A stretch of DNA of 64,000 bases from Oscillospiraceae bacterium (GCA_031556185.1 JAVBTN010000004.1:85034-149033); one strand, 5' to 3'. Counted from the stretch's first letter, positions 9,421 through 19,655 are shown. Numbers and translations: made by a program. The notes: generated by a model from the letters alone, not told the origin.

Positions 9421-11171
9421 GCCTTGTCGCCCCCTTCCATGTGCATGGCGCCAAAGCGACACAGCCGCGCGCACAGTCCGCAGCCAACACACAGCGACCA
9501 GTCGACTTCCAAATGGTCGCCGTCGGCGCGGATGGCGGGGCAACCGATGCGCATGCAAGCTTTACAACCTTTGCAGGCCTGCACATTAATTGTGTTGCGG
9601 TAGTCTTTTTTGACGGTCGGAAGCAGCACGCAGGGCCGCCTGGCCACAATGACAGAGGGTTCAAGCGCGGCCAGCTCCTCTTTCAGCGCCGTCTCCAAAG
9701 CGACCAGGTCGTGCGGGTCGAGCATGCGCACCCGGCGCACGCCGACAGCGCTGCACACGGCGGCGATGTCCAATTTGGGCGCGGGTTTGTTTTGCAGCGT
9801 AAGGCCGGTGGAGGGGTTTTGCTGGTGCCCGGTCATGCCGGTGATGGAATTGTCCAAAATCAGCACCGTTCCCGGCGACTGGTTGTAGACAATGTTGATG
9901 AGTCCTGTGATGCCCGAGTGCAAAAATGTTGAGTCGCCGATGACGGCTACCGTGCGGTCGGCCATCTCGGGCCGCGCCTTGATAAATCCATGTAGCGACG
10001 ACACCGAGGCGCCCATACATACGCACAGATCCATCGCGCCCAACGGCGGCGCGGCTGCCAGCGTGTAGCAGCCTATATCACCCGTGACGGTGAGTTTCAT
10101 TTTATTGAGGACGTGAAACAGGCCTCTATGCGGGCAGCCCGGGCAGAGCACCGGCGGTCGCACGGGGCAGTCAGCCATGTCCGCCGCGGGCAGTTCTTCC
10201 TTCGAAAGCAGCTTGGCGCGCACCTGCTGGGCGGTGTATTCGCCCAAGAGGGAAAACAAATCCTTGCCGCTGACGGGAATGCCCAACGCGCGGCAGTGAG
10301 ACTCAATGTAGTCGTCGAGTTCCTCTACGACATATAGCGCGTCCACACCGGCGGCAAATGTCCGAATGAGCGTCTCCGGCAGGGGATGGACAAGACCCAA
10401 CTTAAGATAAGACGCGCTGTCCCCCAACGCCTCTTTGGCCGTCTGATAGGCGATGCCCGAGGCGATTACGCCGATGCGGCGGTCGTGCCATTCGACAGTG
10501 TTGAGCGGCGTAGTGTCGGCAAAGGCGCGGAGCGTCTGCTGGCGCTGCTCGACAAACACGTGCCGCGCCCGTGCGGCGGCGGGCACCATGACATATTTGC
10601 CGGGGTTCTTCTCATAGGGTTTGCGTTTGAGCGCCGCACGCTCAGATAAGGTGACCGCACTCTGCGAGTGAGAAACGCGCGTTGACAGGCGCAGCAGCAC
10701 CGGTGTGTCATATTCCTCTGAGAGCCTGAAGGCCTCGCCCACAAAAGAGAGGCATTCGGCTGAATCGGAGGGTTCGAGCATAGGCAGTTTGGCCGCTCGG
10801 GCATAGTGGCGGCTGTCTTGTTCGTTTTGTGATGAATGCATACCGGGATCATCCGCCACCGCAATGACCAGACCCGCGTTGACACCTGTATATGAGGCGG
10901 TAAACACCGGGTCGGCCGCCACGTTGAGCCCAACATGCTTCATGCCGGAAAAAGCGCGTGCGCCCGCCAACGAGGCCCCAATGGCAGCTTCAACAGCCAC
11001 CTTTTCGTTGGGTGCCCACTCGGCGTACAACCCGTCATACTCTGCGGCGTACTCGGTGATCTCCGTACTGGGCGTGCCGGGATAGCTGGAGACAAAGCGG
11101 CAGCCGGCCTCCCACAGGCCCTGTGCGACGGCTTCATTGCCCAGCATCAGTCTGGACTGTTGCTTGTTCAT
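9417..11171 (-). CDS. iorA: Indolepyruvate:ferredoxin oxidoreductase subunit alpha
   Basis: LGNEAVA, YPGTPSTE, MKHVGLNVAAD, CPGCPHR, GDSTF TPP motif, C-terminal 2x[4Fe-4S]; GGAGG RBS. Confidence 0.93.
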   Translation of the reverse strand: MNKQQSRLMLGNEAVAQGLWEAGCRFVSSYPGTPSTEITEYAAEYDGLYAEWAPNEKVAVEAAIGASLAGARAFSGMKHVGLNVAADPVFTASYTGVNAGLVIAVADDPGMHSSQNEQDSRHYARAAKLPMLEPSDSAECLSFVGEAFRLSEEYDTPVLLRLSTRVSHSQSAVTLSERAALKRKPYEKNPGKYVMVPAAARARHVFVEQRQQTLRAFADTTPLNTVEWHDRRIGVIASGIAYQTAKEALGDSASYLKLGLVHPLPETLIRTFAAGVDALYVVEELDDYIESHCRALGIPVSGKDLFSLLGEYTAQQVRAKLLSKEELPAADMADCPVRPPVLCPGCPHRGLFHVLNKMKLTVTGDIGCYTLAAAPPLGAMDLCVCMGASVSSLHGFIKARPEMADRTVAVIGDSTFLHSGITGLINIVYNQSPGTVLILDNSITGMTGHQQNPSTGLTLQNKPAPKLDIAAVCSAVGVRRVRMLDPHDLVALETALKEELAALEPSVIVARRPCVLLPTVKKDYRNTINVQACKGCKACMRIGCPAIRADGDHLEVDWSLCVGCGLCARLCRFGAMHMEGGDKA

Positions 11172-11415
11172 AGGCGTTCCTCCGGTATCACAGTGTTTGT
11201 GCAAAATCCCGCAAGGGGGCACAAAAATATATAAAAAATAGTATAGCACAAAAGGAGCGGCAGGTACAGTATCTTCAAAAAATGAATAAAATTTCATTCA
11301 TAGCAAATATTTTCCGTAAACCCTAAATCTTCTTGGATTCACTCCGATAATACATGATAGAAATCCATGCGTCCATAGTCGGCGTGGAAGAACTGACATT
11401 TAAGGAGTTGAACCC

Positions 11416-13275
11416 ATGGAACAGAGTAAGATTTTCACCAATGAGAAATGCGTGGGTTGCAATCAGTGTATCACAAGATGTCCGTGCAACGAGGCCAATG
11501 TCTCTGTTTTGGAGGACGGGGAGAGTAAGATTATGGTTGACGCCTCCAAGTGTATCTCGTGCGGCGAATGTATACGCAGCTGCACGCACGGCGCGCGCGA
11601 TTACAGAGATGACACGGAAGCGTTTTTCCGCGCCCTGCGGCAGGGCCGTGAAATTGCGCTCATTGTGGCGCCCGCCTTCCGCTCCAATTTCAAAGAGTAC
11701 CCGCGTATGATCGGGCAACTGCGCGCCTTGGGCGTCAAAACCATCTGCGACACGTCTTTGGGTGCGGATATCTGCACGTGGGCACACATTCGCCACATGA
11801 CGAAAACGGGCGAGACGGGCCTTGTTTCGCAGCCCTGCCCGGCCATCGTCAACTACGCGGAACGATATGCGACACATATGCTCGGCAAGCTGTCGCCCGT
11901 GCACAGCCCGGCCATGTGCATGGCTGTTTACATGAAGAACTATATGAAGATCCCGGGGGAATACGCGTTTTTATCCCCGTGTATTGCCAAAAAGGACGAG
12001 TTTTCCGACCCCAACACCGGAAACCTGGTCCACTTCAATGTTACGTATAGAAAATTAGACATGTATCTCAAAGAGCAGGGTCTCAACTATCTGACGGCGT
12101 CTGCCTCTGATTTCGACAATGAGCGGCACGGCCTGGGGGCCATCTACCCGGCACCCGGCGGCCTTAAGGTCAACGTCCTGCAACATGTGCCGGGTGTTTG
12201 GGTGCACCAGGTGGAAGGTCAGCCGCACGTCAGTCGTTTTTTAGACGAATACACGGAGGCGTGCGCCAAAGCGGAAGCTCCGTTTTTGGTCGACATTCTC
12301 AACTGTCAACATGGCTGCAACATCGGCACCGGCGCCATTTGCCAGCCCCACGACGACCTATCCGTCGGCCGGGCCATGTTCGGTGCCGAGCGGGCTGTCC
12401 TGGGCGACGCCAGGGGCAAAAAACCCTGCGGGCCGGACTTTAAAAAGTTTGACCGGCACCTCAAGTTGGACGACTTCAAGCGCCGTTATGTTAACCGACG
12501 TCAAACGGAACTCACTGTGAGCCCCGCGGGCCTGGAAAAAGCGTTTGCAGCCCTCAAAAAAAGTGACCACGGCGAGCGGAAAATCGACTGCCGTTCGTGC
12601 GGATATGTGTCCTGCCAAAAGATGGCCGAGGCGGTCGCCAAAGGGATCAATCACCCCGCCAACTGCGTCCAGTACTTCAAGGCTGTACTCAAAGAACAGA
12701 AGACGGAAGTTGAAAATCTGTCCGCGCAGCAAGAGATTCAGGCCAGAGAATTGGCCGCCAATGTGAAAAAGATCTTCGCCGCCATTGAGGAGTCGGCCGG
12801 CAAGACCGCTTCGACTCAGACCGATGTGGAAAATATCAACGAGCGCGTCAAACTGATGAGCAACGTCTCGGAGGAGCTCAGCGCCCTTGTGGCCCGGCTG
12901 GAAGCCGAGATTGTAAAATATGTGCAGATGAGCGACAACATTGTCAGCATCTCGTCGCAAACCAACATATTGGCACTCAACGCCTCGGTAGAAGCGGCGC
13001 GTGCAGGGCAGTACGGCAAGGGTTTTGCCATCGTGGCCGAACAGATCAAGCGCCTGTCCGATCAGAGCCGCCTGTCGGCCACCGAGGCGCTGGCAAACAA
13101 CGAGGTTATCGCGCCCATACTCGATCAGGTGGAGAAGGTGTCGGAAAACGTTCGCCATGAGTCGAAAAATATATCCAACAATGTTGTCAACATCCTCGAT
13201 ACCATCAATGCGCTGTCCGACCTGCAAAAGAGCATCTCTGAGTCGGCGACGCTGATGAACACGAGCGCGCAGTAA
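11416..13275 (+). CDS. [FeFe]-hydrogenase-like sensor fused to a methyl-accepting chemotaxis domain (group C2-like)
   Basis: Two CxxCxxC ferredoxin motifs; H-cluster-like SQPCP, SPCIAKKDE, DILNCQHGCNIG; FeS domain DCRSCGYVSC; MCP hairpin QTNILALNASVEAARAG..GKGFAIVA. Confidence 0.88.
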   Translation: MEQSKIFTNEKCVGCNQCITRCPCNEANVSVLEDGESKIMVDASKCISCGECIRSCTHGARDYRDDTEAFFRALRQGREIALIVAPAFRSNFKEYPRMIGQLRALGVKTICDTSLGADICTWAHIRHMTKTGETGLVSQPCPAIVNYAERYATHMLGKLSPVHSPAMCMAVYMKNYMKIPGEYAFLSPCIAKKDEFSDPNTGNLVHFNVTYRKLDMYLKEQGLNYLTASASDFDNERHGLGAIYPAPGGLKVNVLQHVPGVWVHQVEGQPHVSRFLDEYTEACAKAEAPFLVDILNCQHGCNIGTGAICQPHDDLSVGRAMFGAERAVLGDARGKKPCGPDFKKFDRHLKLDDFKRRYVNRRQTELTVSPAGLEKAFAALKKSDHGERKIDCRSCGYVSCQKMAEAVAKGINHPANCVQYFKAVLKEQKTEVENLSAQQEIQARELAANVKKIFAAIEESAGKTASTQTDVENINERVKLMSNVSEELSALVARLEAEIVKYVQMSDNIVSISSQTNILALNASVEAARAGQYGKGFAIVAEQIKRLSDQSRLSATEALANNEVIAPILDQVEKVSENVRHESKNISNNVVNILDTINALSDLQKSISESATLMNTSAQ

Positions 13276-13314
13276 GTTTCATACTGCGCTTGAGCAATCA
13301 AAATTCAAGGCGGG

Positions 13315-14610
13315 TCATTGATGACGCAAATCGATGACTCGCTTTGCTTTGCCCTGAAAGCGTTCAATACTCTTTGGGCCCACGAGCGTCACCTTGGTAT
13401 CCAAACCGAGCACCGAGCGCAGTTTTTCACGGATGTGCCGCTGCAAATTTTCCAGCCGGGCATAAGTCTCCAGCAGAGACGCGTCCAGCAACTCCACGTG
13501 CACCTCCAGCGTGTCCATATAGCCCTCGTGGCGAACAAACAACAGATAGTGGGGGCTGATGTGTTCCATGGACATGAGCACACCTTCGATTTGAGACGGA
13601 AACACATTGACGCCTTTGATGATGAGCATGTCGTCCGAGCGCCCTGTCACCTTTTCCATACGGGCATGTGTGCGTCCGCAGCGGCAGGGTTCCCGCGTGA
13701 TGCGGGTGATATCTCGCGTGCGGTAGCGCAGGACGGGCATTGCTTCTTTGGTCAACGTTGTGATGACCAGCTCGCCGCTTTCGCCCTCCGGGAGTGCCTC
13801 GCCGGTATCGGGATCGATGATCTCCGGGTAAAAATGATCCTCCGCAAAATGGAGGCCGTTTCGTTCCATGCACTCGCCGGACACACCGGGGCCGGTCAGC
13901 TCGCACATGCCGTAGTTGTCGGTGGCGGTAATGCCGAAGTTGGCTTCAATGCGCGTGCGCATTTCTGCGGTACAGCCCTCTCCGCCAAAGAGGCCGACCC
14001 GCAGGCGCAGCTTGTCCCGTATGCCCGCTTCGCGCACCAATTCGCTCATGTAGCTGGCATAGGAGGGTGTGGCGATGATGACCGTCACACCGAAATCCTC
14101 CATCAGCATCAACTGTTTTTCCGTGTTGCCGGAAGACATGGGAAGCACGGTCGCCCCCAGTTTTTCCAGCCCCTGGTGCAGGCCGAACCCACCTGTGAAC
14201 AGACCGTATCCAAACGAAATCTGAGCGATATCCTCGTCGCTCACGCCGACAGCCGCGGCCAGCCGGGCGATGAGATCGGACCAGGTATCCAGGTCCCTTC
14301 GCGTATACCCCGCCATGGTGGGTTTGCCGGTGGTGCCCGATGACCCCTGCAGCCGACAGACGTCCTTCATCGGCACACAAAACATGCCAAACGGGTAGTT
14401 GTCCCGAAAGTCGGACTTGACGGTAAAGGGAAGGCGACGGATGTCGTCGAGCGACCGGATGTCGTCCGGCGTGACGCCCGCCTCCTCCAGCTTGCGCCGC
14501 TGCACGGGCGCCAGCTCCCATATGCGGCGCACCTGTGTTTGCAGGCGGGCCAGTTGCAGCGCCACCAGTTCCGCGCGCGGCATCGTTTCTATCTCTTTTT
14601 GCCAGAACAC
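13315..14610 (-). CDS. paaK: Phenylacetate--CoA ligase, second paralog
   Basis: SSGTTGKP, YGLFTGGFG, GRSDDMLIIKGVNVFPSQIE; GTG start after GGAGG. Confidence 0.9.
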   Translation of the reverse strand: MFWQKEIETMPRAELVALQLARLQTQVRRIWELAPVQRRKLEEAGVTPDDIRSLDDIRRLPFTVKSDFRDNYPFGMFCVPMKDVCRLQGSSGTTGKPTMAGYTRRDLDTWSDLIARLAAAVGVSDEDIAQISFGYGLFTGGFGLHQGLEKLGATVLPMSSGNTEKQLMLMEDFGVTVIIATPSYASYMSELVREAGIRDKLRLRVGLFGGEGCTAEMRTRIEANFGITATDNYGMCELTGPGVSGECMERNGLHFAEDHFYPEIIDPDTGEALPEGESGELVITTLTKEAMPVLRYRTRDITRITREPCRCGRTHARMEKVTGRSDDMLIIKGVNVFPSQIEGVLMSMEHISPHYLLFVRHEGYMDTLEVHVELLDASLLETYARLENLQRHIREKLRSVLGLDTKVTLVGPKSIERFQGKAKRVIDLRHQ

Positions 14611-14693
14611 GACGATTCCTCCTTGAACCCGGCTCTCGCTACGGTCGCCGGACGCATGCAAGATGTCTTCATTAAGGAAAAAAATCTCTCACA

Positions 14694-16259
14694 TCAGCGT
14701 GCCTTTGTCGGCACGTCTGCAAATACGCGGTCAATATGTGCCTTGTCATACGGCTTGGTGAACAGGCTGACCAAGGGCACCAGAAGGAAGGAGACCGCCA
14801 TGGCGGCGATGCCATACGTGGGGGCATCTTTGCTGACCGCCTGGAAGGCGACGCCAAAACCCTGCGCCATATCCGGATGGGTCAGCGCAGCGACAAACGT
14901 CCAGATCAGAATGGTGCTCAACCCGCCGATCATGCCCGCCCACGAGCCCGCCCGTGTGATCCCTTTGCGATAGAGGCCCCAAATAAACGGGCCAATGAAG
15001 CAGCCGGAGACGACACCCCATGAAAATGACATGATCGATACAATGATGGCAAAGCGGAAGGTGGCAAATACAAAGCTCATCGCCACAAACAGCAGACACA
15101 AAACCCGCGTCAGTCTCATCTGGTTCTTGCCCTGCGGCGGATTTTTGAAGACCTGCACGAAGTCCACCGAAATGGCCGAGGCAGAGGTCAGCACGACGGC
15201 CGACAGCGTCGACATCGAGGCCGACAACACCAGCAGCAAAATGACAGACAGCAGGATATTGCCCACCAGTCCCTGTCCGAAGGCCGCAATCAGCATGGTC
15301 GGCACCACGGCGTCGTAGCCGCCTGACGGCAGTTTTCCCTGTAGCACCAGCTGGCCCAGTGTGCCAACCAGGTAGGCGCCGCAGCCGATGATCAGGGCAA
15401 AGACAGAGGAAATCACCGTCCCGCGCCGAATGGCGTGTTCATCACGGACGGCGTAAAACTTGTGCACCATCTGCGGCAAACCCCATGTGCCGAAGCTGGT
15501 CAGCAGAATGTTGATGAGCAGAAAACGCCAGTTGTCGCCGCCAAACAGGCTGGTCAGCGATGGATTGACAGCTCGCAGCCGTGTGACGGCGCCCGCAAAG
15601 CCGCCCACATTGGGATGGGCCAGTAGCGCAATCACCATGACGAATACGCCGACAAGCATGATGATGCCCTGCACAAAGTCGGTGATGGCGCTGGCGACAT
15701 AGCCACCCAAAATGAGGTAAAAGCCGGTCAGCAGCGCTACGATAAACATACAAATCGTGTCGGCCGGGATACCCCAAAACATGGTGGAGATGTTGGGGAA
15801 AATGGCGCCGAACAGCGACCCTAAGCCCTTGTATACACCGGCGGCATAGGGCACTAAAAACACAAAGATAATCACAGCCGCAAATATTTTCATGCGCTTG
15901 CTGAGATAGCGGCCTGCGAAAAATTCGGGCATGGTGCGTGCGTCCAGCGCGTGTGTGATGGTGCGCGTGCGCCTGGCCAGCAACTTCCAGGCAAGCAAAC
16001 AGCCAAAGACAGCATTGCCGAAGCCGATCCACATGCTTGGGAAACCGATGTCCCAACCAAATTTCCCCGCATAGCCAATAAAAATGACGGCAGAAAAATA
16101 AGAGGTGCCGTAGGCAAAAGCCGACATCCACGCTCCAATTTTTCTTCCGCCCAATAAAAAACCGTCCAGATTTTTGGTGTGCCTGGCACTATAAAGCCCA
16201 ATGCCAAGCATAAGTAAGGCAAAAAGAAGCAAAGCCACTGATGCAACGATTTGAGTCAT
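14694..16259 (-). CDS. Sodium:solute symporter (SSS family)
   Basis: FLLGGRKIG, TSYFSAVIFIG, LSASMSTLS motifs; about 13 TM segments. Confidence 0.9.
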   Translation of the reverse strand: MTQIVASVALLLFALLMLGIGLYSARHTKNLDGFLLGGRKIGAWMSAFAYGTSYFSAVIFIGYAGKFGWDIGFPSMWIGFGNAVFGCLLAWKLLARRTRTITHALDARTMPEFFAGRYLSKRMKIFAAVIIFVFLVPYAAGVYKGLGSLFGAIFPNISTMFWGIPADTICMFIVALLTGFYLILGGYVASAITDFVQGIIMLVGVFVMVIALLAHPNVGGFAGAVTRLRAVNPSLTSLFGGDNWRFLLINILLTSFGTWGLPQMVHKFYAVRDEHAIRRGTVISSVFALIIGCGAYLVGTLGQLVLQGKLPSGGYDAVVPTMLIAAFGQGLVGNILLSVILLLVLSASMSTLSAVVLTSASAISVDFVQVFKNPPQGKNQMRLTRVLCLLFVAMSFVFATFRFAIIVSIMSFSWGVVSGCFIGPFIWGLYRKGITRAGSWAGMIGGLSTILIWTFVAALTHPDMAQGFGVAFQAVSKDAPTYGIAAMAVSFLLVPLVSLFTKPYDKAHIDRVFADVPTKAR

Positions 16260-16354
16260 TTGAAAAACCGTCCTTCCATTCTACATATCGATATAAAGTC
16301 GGCGCCAAACTACCGGGTTGGGACAACGCGCCCGTACCCACTACGATTTTTATT

Positions 16355-17140
16355 CTACACGCTGCGACGCGATTTGTAAAGAGGAACCTCAAAAAACAGC
16401 AGCATGCCCAACGTAAAAAGGGCCAGGCTGAGCCACTGTGAGGTCGACAAATCAAAATATACGCCCCGCAGGATGTCGCCCCTGAAAAACTCCAGCACGA
16501 ACCGCAAAGCGGCGTAGAGCAGCAGATACAGCGCAAACACGCGGCCCGGCTTGGTTTTTTTTCGGCGTTCAAACAGCAGCAAGACCAAACAAATGATGAG
16601 ATTGCAGCCGGCTTCGATCAGCTGGACAGGGACGCGGGGCACACCGTCGGCCTCAATGACCACAGAATGGACGGTGGTCAGCCCCCAGGGCACGGGTACA
16701 CCATAGCAGCAACCGCTCAAAAAACAGCCGATACGCCCCAGCATATGCCCTGCCGGAATGGCGGGAGCAAAAAGGTCGGCATACATGCGGAAGGAAAGAC
16801 GGTATTTTTTGATGTACAAGGCGGATGCGCCAAGTGCCCCCAATACACCGCCATAAAAGACCAACCCGCCAAACAGTGTATTGAGGCCAGAAAGGGGATT
16901 ATTCATGAGCTCGCCCCAGTGGTTGACTGCGTTCGGTAAAGCGGTCAAAAAAAAGAGGAGTTTGGCGCCGACAAGCGCCCCGACCACGCAGAGGACAAAC
17001 AGGTTGACGGCGTCGTCCCGCTGCGCGGCATAACGGCGGATACGCAAAAAAACGACGACAAAAGCCAACAGACCGCCCAGCACGGCCATAAGGCCGTACA
17101 TCGGGAGGCGCAGACCGAACAGATGATAGTAGGGGAGCAT
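16355..17140 (-). CDS. lgt: Prolipoprotein diacylglyceryl transferase family protein (GCCYG variant)
   Basis: YGLM, GGLVFYGG, GRIGCFLSGCCYG, PVQLIE, RFVLEFFRGD motifs; GGAGG RBS. Confidence 0.8.
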   Translation of the reverse strand: MLPYYHLFGLRLPMYGLMAVLGGLLAFVVVFLRIRRYAAQRDDAVNLFVLCVVGALVGAKLLFFLTALPNAVNHWGELMNNPLSGLNTLFGGLVFYGGVLGALGASALYIKKYRLSFRMYADLFAPAIPAGHMLGRIGCFLSGCCYGVPVPWGLTTVHSVVIEADGVPRVPVQLIEAGCNLIICLVLLLFERRKKTKPGRVFALYLLLYAALRFVLEFFRGDILRGVYFDLSTSQWLSLALFTLGMLLFFEVPLYKSRRSV

Positions 17141-17216
17141 ACAAATATCGCCTCCACAAAGACGCCCGGATTGGTACAATCCGGGCGCACGTGAATCATA
17201 AACGGCCTGGCCGCGA

Positions 17217-17786
17217 TTAGAATAGACGGGACAAACTGTCTGTGGCGAGGCCACTGAAAGTGGAGATAGCAGCAATGCCCAAAATGATCAAAAATACGGA
17301 GAGGCTCAGCGCGACGATACTGCACACGATGCCCGCCGTGGCCACGCCCACGGGCCGACCGGTGGAAATACGCTTACTTCTGCCGACAAGACCAAATATC
17401 AGCGAAAGGACACCACAAATGATCGAGACAAATGGATTGACAAAGACGCACAACGCAATTATGCCCAAGACAAGCGACGCTACGCCAAATCCCTCTCCGC
17501 TTTTAACGGGCTGAGCATAGGGATTATACTGCGACTGGGGAACAGACGGATGCCACTGCTGTTGTTGAGTCGTGGAAGCGTTCCACTGCGGCGGAGGCGC
17601 GGCGGGCGGATGCTGCACAGGCGGCACTGCGTTCCACTGCGGCGGCGTAGCGGCGGGATCCCAATGCTGCGATGGTGTGACGGAGTCCCACTGTGGCGGT
17701 GGCGGCGGGTTGCTTTGAGGGGAGCTGTCAGGCCGCTCCCAAGGAGGGATCTCTGAAGGTGGTTGGCCGTAATGATTATCTGACAC
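17217..17786 (-). CDS. DUF4190-like membrane protein with Pro/Gln/Trp-rich N-terminal tail
   Basis: GVASLVLGII...CGVLSLIFG...ATAGIVCSIV TM pattern; repeated PPQW; GTG start after GGGAG. Confidence 0.75.
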   Translation of the reverse strand: MSDNHYGQPPSEIPPWERPDSSPQSNPPPPPQWDSVTPSQHWDPAATPPQWNAVPPVQHPPAAPPPQWNASTTQQQQWHPSVPQSQYNPYAQPVKSGEGFGVASLVLGIIALCVFVNPFVSIICGVLSLIFGLVGRSKRISTGRPVGVATAGIVCSIVALSLSVFLIILGIAAISTFSGLATDSLSRLF

Positions 17787-17837
17787 TAAAAGTAGCTCCC
17801 TTCCAACGTTTTCACTCAGATTGAGTACCTTCTCAGA

Positions 17838-18533
17838 TCAATCAAAGGAATCATAAATATCGAGATCATCCCACTGTAATATGTCGTCCGGGTCAAGGCC
17901 TGCGTCTCTGAAATAGTCCTGCACGGCCGTCAGATCACCGGAATCAATGGCAATGTTGGTGGCGCCGACGACGCAACCGTTGCAGATGGTCGTGATAAAC
18001 GCGAACACAATGCCGATGATGCCGACAACCAATGCCGCTGTGCCCAAGCCGCGCCGGTTTGCCGGTGACTTCTTGCGCGCCGAGACGCCCATGACGATGC
18101 CGATGATCGAGGCCACAATCGCGAGGACGCTAAAAATCACAATGAACCAGAGCATGGCCATTGAGCCGGAAGCCACCAAACTGGCGTATCCGAGGGGCAG
18201 CAAGAACAGCGTGGAGAAGCAGAGCACGATACTGAGAATAGAAAACAGCAAAGCGCCGAGCCCACGGCTTTTTTCTTCGCCCGAATTGCCGTCGGGCGGC
18301 ATGCCGCCTCCGTTATAGACGGGATAGGTGGGATAGGCGTTCCCCGGCGTGCCGTAAGGGGGGACATTGTTCGACGAATAGGGGGAGCCACCGGGGGTGC
18401 TGTTCGATGCATAGGGATTGCCGTTTGGCGGATTGCCCTGCGAAGAGTAGGGATTGCCGGAAGGCGGTGAATCCGACGAGGGGGGATTGTTCTGATAGTT
18501 GTTGTTATCCGTGTTGCCGTTGAAATTGTCCAT
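17838..18533 (-). CDS. DUF4190-like membrane protein with Asn/Pro/Tyr-rich N-terminal tail
   Basis: Low-complexity GNPY repeats, then 3 TM segments including GLGTAALVVGIIG; GGAGGAG RBS. Confidence 0.7.
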   Translation of the reverse strand: MDNFNGNTDNNNYQNNPPSSDSPPSGNPYSSQGNPPNGNPYASNSTPGGSPYSSNNVPPYGTPGNAYPTYPVYNGGGMPPDGNSGEEKSRGLGALLFSILSIVLCFSTLFLLPLGYASLVASGSMAMLWFIVIFSVLAIVASIIGIVMGVSARKKSPANRRGLGTAALVVGIIGIVFAFITTICNGCVVGATNIAIDSGDLTAVQDYFRDAGLDPDDILQWDDLDIYDSFD

Positions 18534-18605
18534 GAGTTCTCCTCCCACATTCTCTTCTTTCATCTCAAGCGTTCATACGACTTGGAAGACAAATTTCATG
18601 CGAAT

Positions 18606-18635
18606 ATCATAACACAATATGACCTTTTCTGTCAA
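18606..18635 (-). promoter_or_regulatory. SigA-type promoter
   Basis: TTGACA-N18-TATGAT on the minus strand. Confidence 0.6.
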
Positions 18636-18647
18636 TTGCGCCGACAG

Positions 18648-19652
18648 CTACGCAGACGCAAACGCCCGCTCAAGCGCCGCGGTAAGCAAAGACACACAGG
18701 CTTCGACATCGGCGAGCAACGCCATTTCTGTCGGTGTGTGTATATATCGCGTGGGAATGCTAATCCCGCCCGAGGGAACACCGCCGCGTGACTGGTGAAT
18801 GGCGCCGACGTCGGTGCCTCCAGCCTGCAATACGTCATACTGATGGGCAATGCCGCCCTCTTTGGCAACCGCCTCCAAGTGCCTGACCACGACCGGGTGA
18901 GAAATGACTGAGCGATCCATGAGTTTGATCGCCGCGCCGCCGCCCAGCTTCACTTCACTGTTGTGCTTCACCTCCGGGCAGTCGCCTGTGCTGGTTACAT
19001 CAACAGCCAGCGCCCAGTCGGGGTCAATCGAAAAGGCGGATGTGCGCGCGCCGCGGAGCCCGACCTCTTCCTGCACAGAAAAGACAAAATAGAGATCGTT
19101 CTGGATATCTTTCACGCGCGCCAACGTCATTAGCAGCACGACACAGCCAATGCGATTGTCCAGATAGGGTGAGACTATGCGGCCATTTGTTTCAAAGGGC
19201 TCGCCCCAAAAAAACGCCCGGTCGCCGATTGATACCAGGCGTGCCGCCTCTTCGCGACTGCCAGCGCCAATGTCGATGAAACAGTGCGAGAGATTCAAAT
19301 CTTTGAGGTCTGTTTTTTCCTCGCGGGAGAGGAGACCTCTGGCGCCGTTTGCAAATACGACGGATACGCCGGCCAGCACATCGGCGTGCACACCGCCCAC
19401 GCCGGCAAAGCGGAGAAAGCCGTTGTCGTCGATATGCGTGACAATCAGGCCGATCGTGTCCATGTGTGCCGAAAGCATGACTTTCCGGCCGTTGCCTTTT
19501 TTGTGGACGATCAAGTTGCCCAGCGTGTCCGTGGTGATCTCGTCGGCCAATGGGGCGGCCAGCGCGGCCAAGTGTGTGGCCAGTGCGCCTTCGTCTCCCG
19601 ACACGCTGCCAAAGCGGGTCAGTTCCTGCAATAATTGTATGACAGTAAGCAT
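18648..19652 (-). CDS. M42 family metallo-aminopeptidase (copy 3 in transcription order)
   Basis: AHMDTIG, LDNRIG, QEEVGLRGA, AVDVT, GGTD, RYIHT. Confidence 0.92.
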   Translation of the reverse strand: MLTVIQLLQELTRFGSVSGDEGALATHLAALAAPLADEITTDTLGNLIVHKKGNGRKVMLSAHMDTIGLIVTHIDDNGFLRFAGVGGVHADVLAGVSVVFANGARGLLSREEKTDLKDLNLSHCFIDIGAGSREEAARLVSIGDRAFFWGEPFETNGRIVSPYLDNRIGCVVLLMTLARVKDIQNDLYFVFSVQEEVGLRGARTSAFSIDPDWALAVDVTSTGDCPEVKHNSEVKLGGGAAIKLMDRSVISHPVVVRHLEAVAKEGGIAHQYDVLQAGGTDVGAIHQSRGGVPSGGISIPTRYIHTPTEMALLADVEACVSLLTAALERAFASA

Positions 19653-19655
19653 AAG

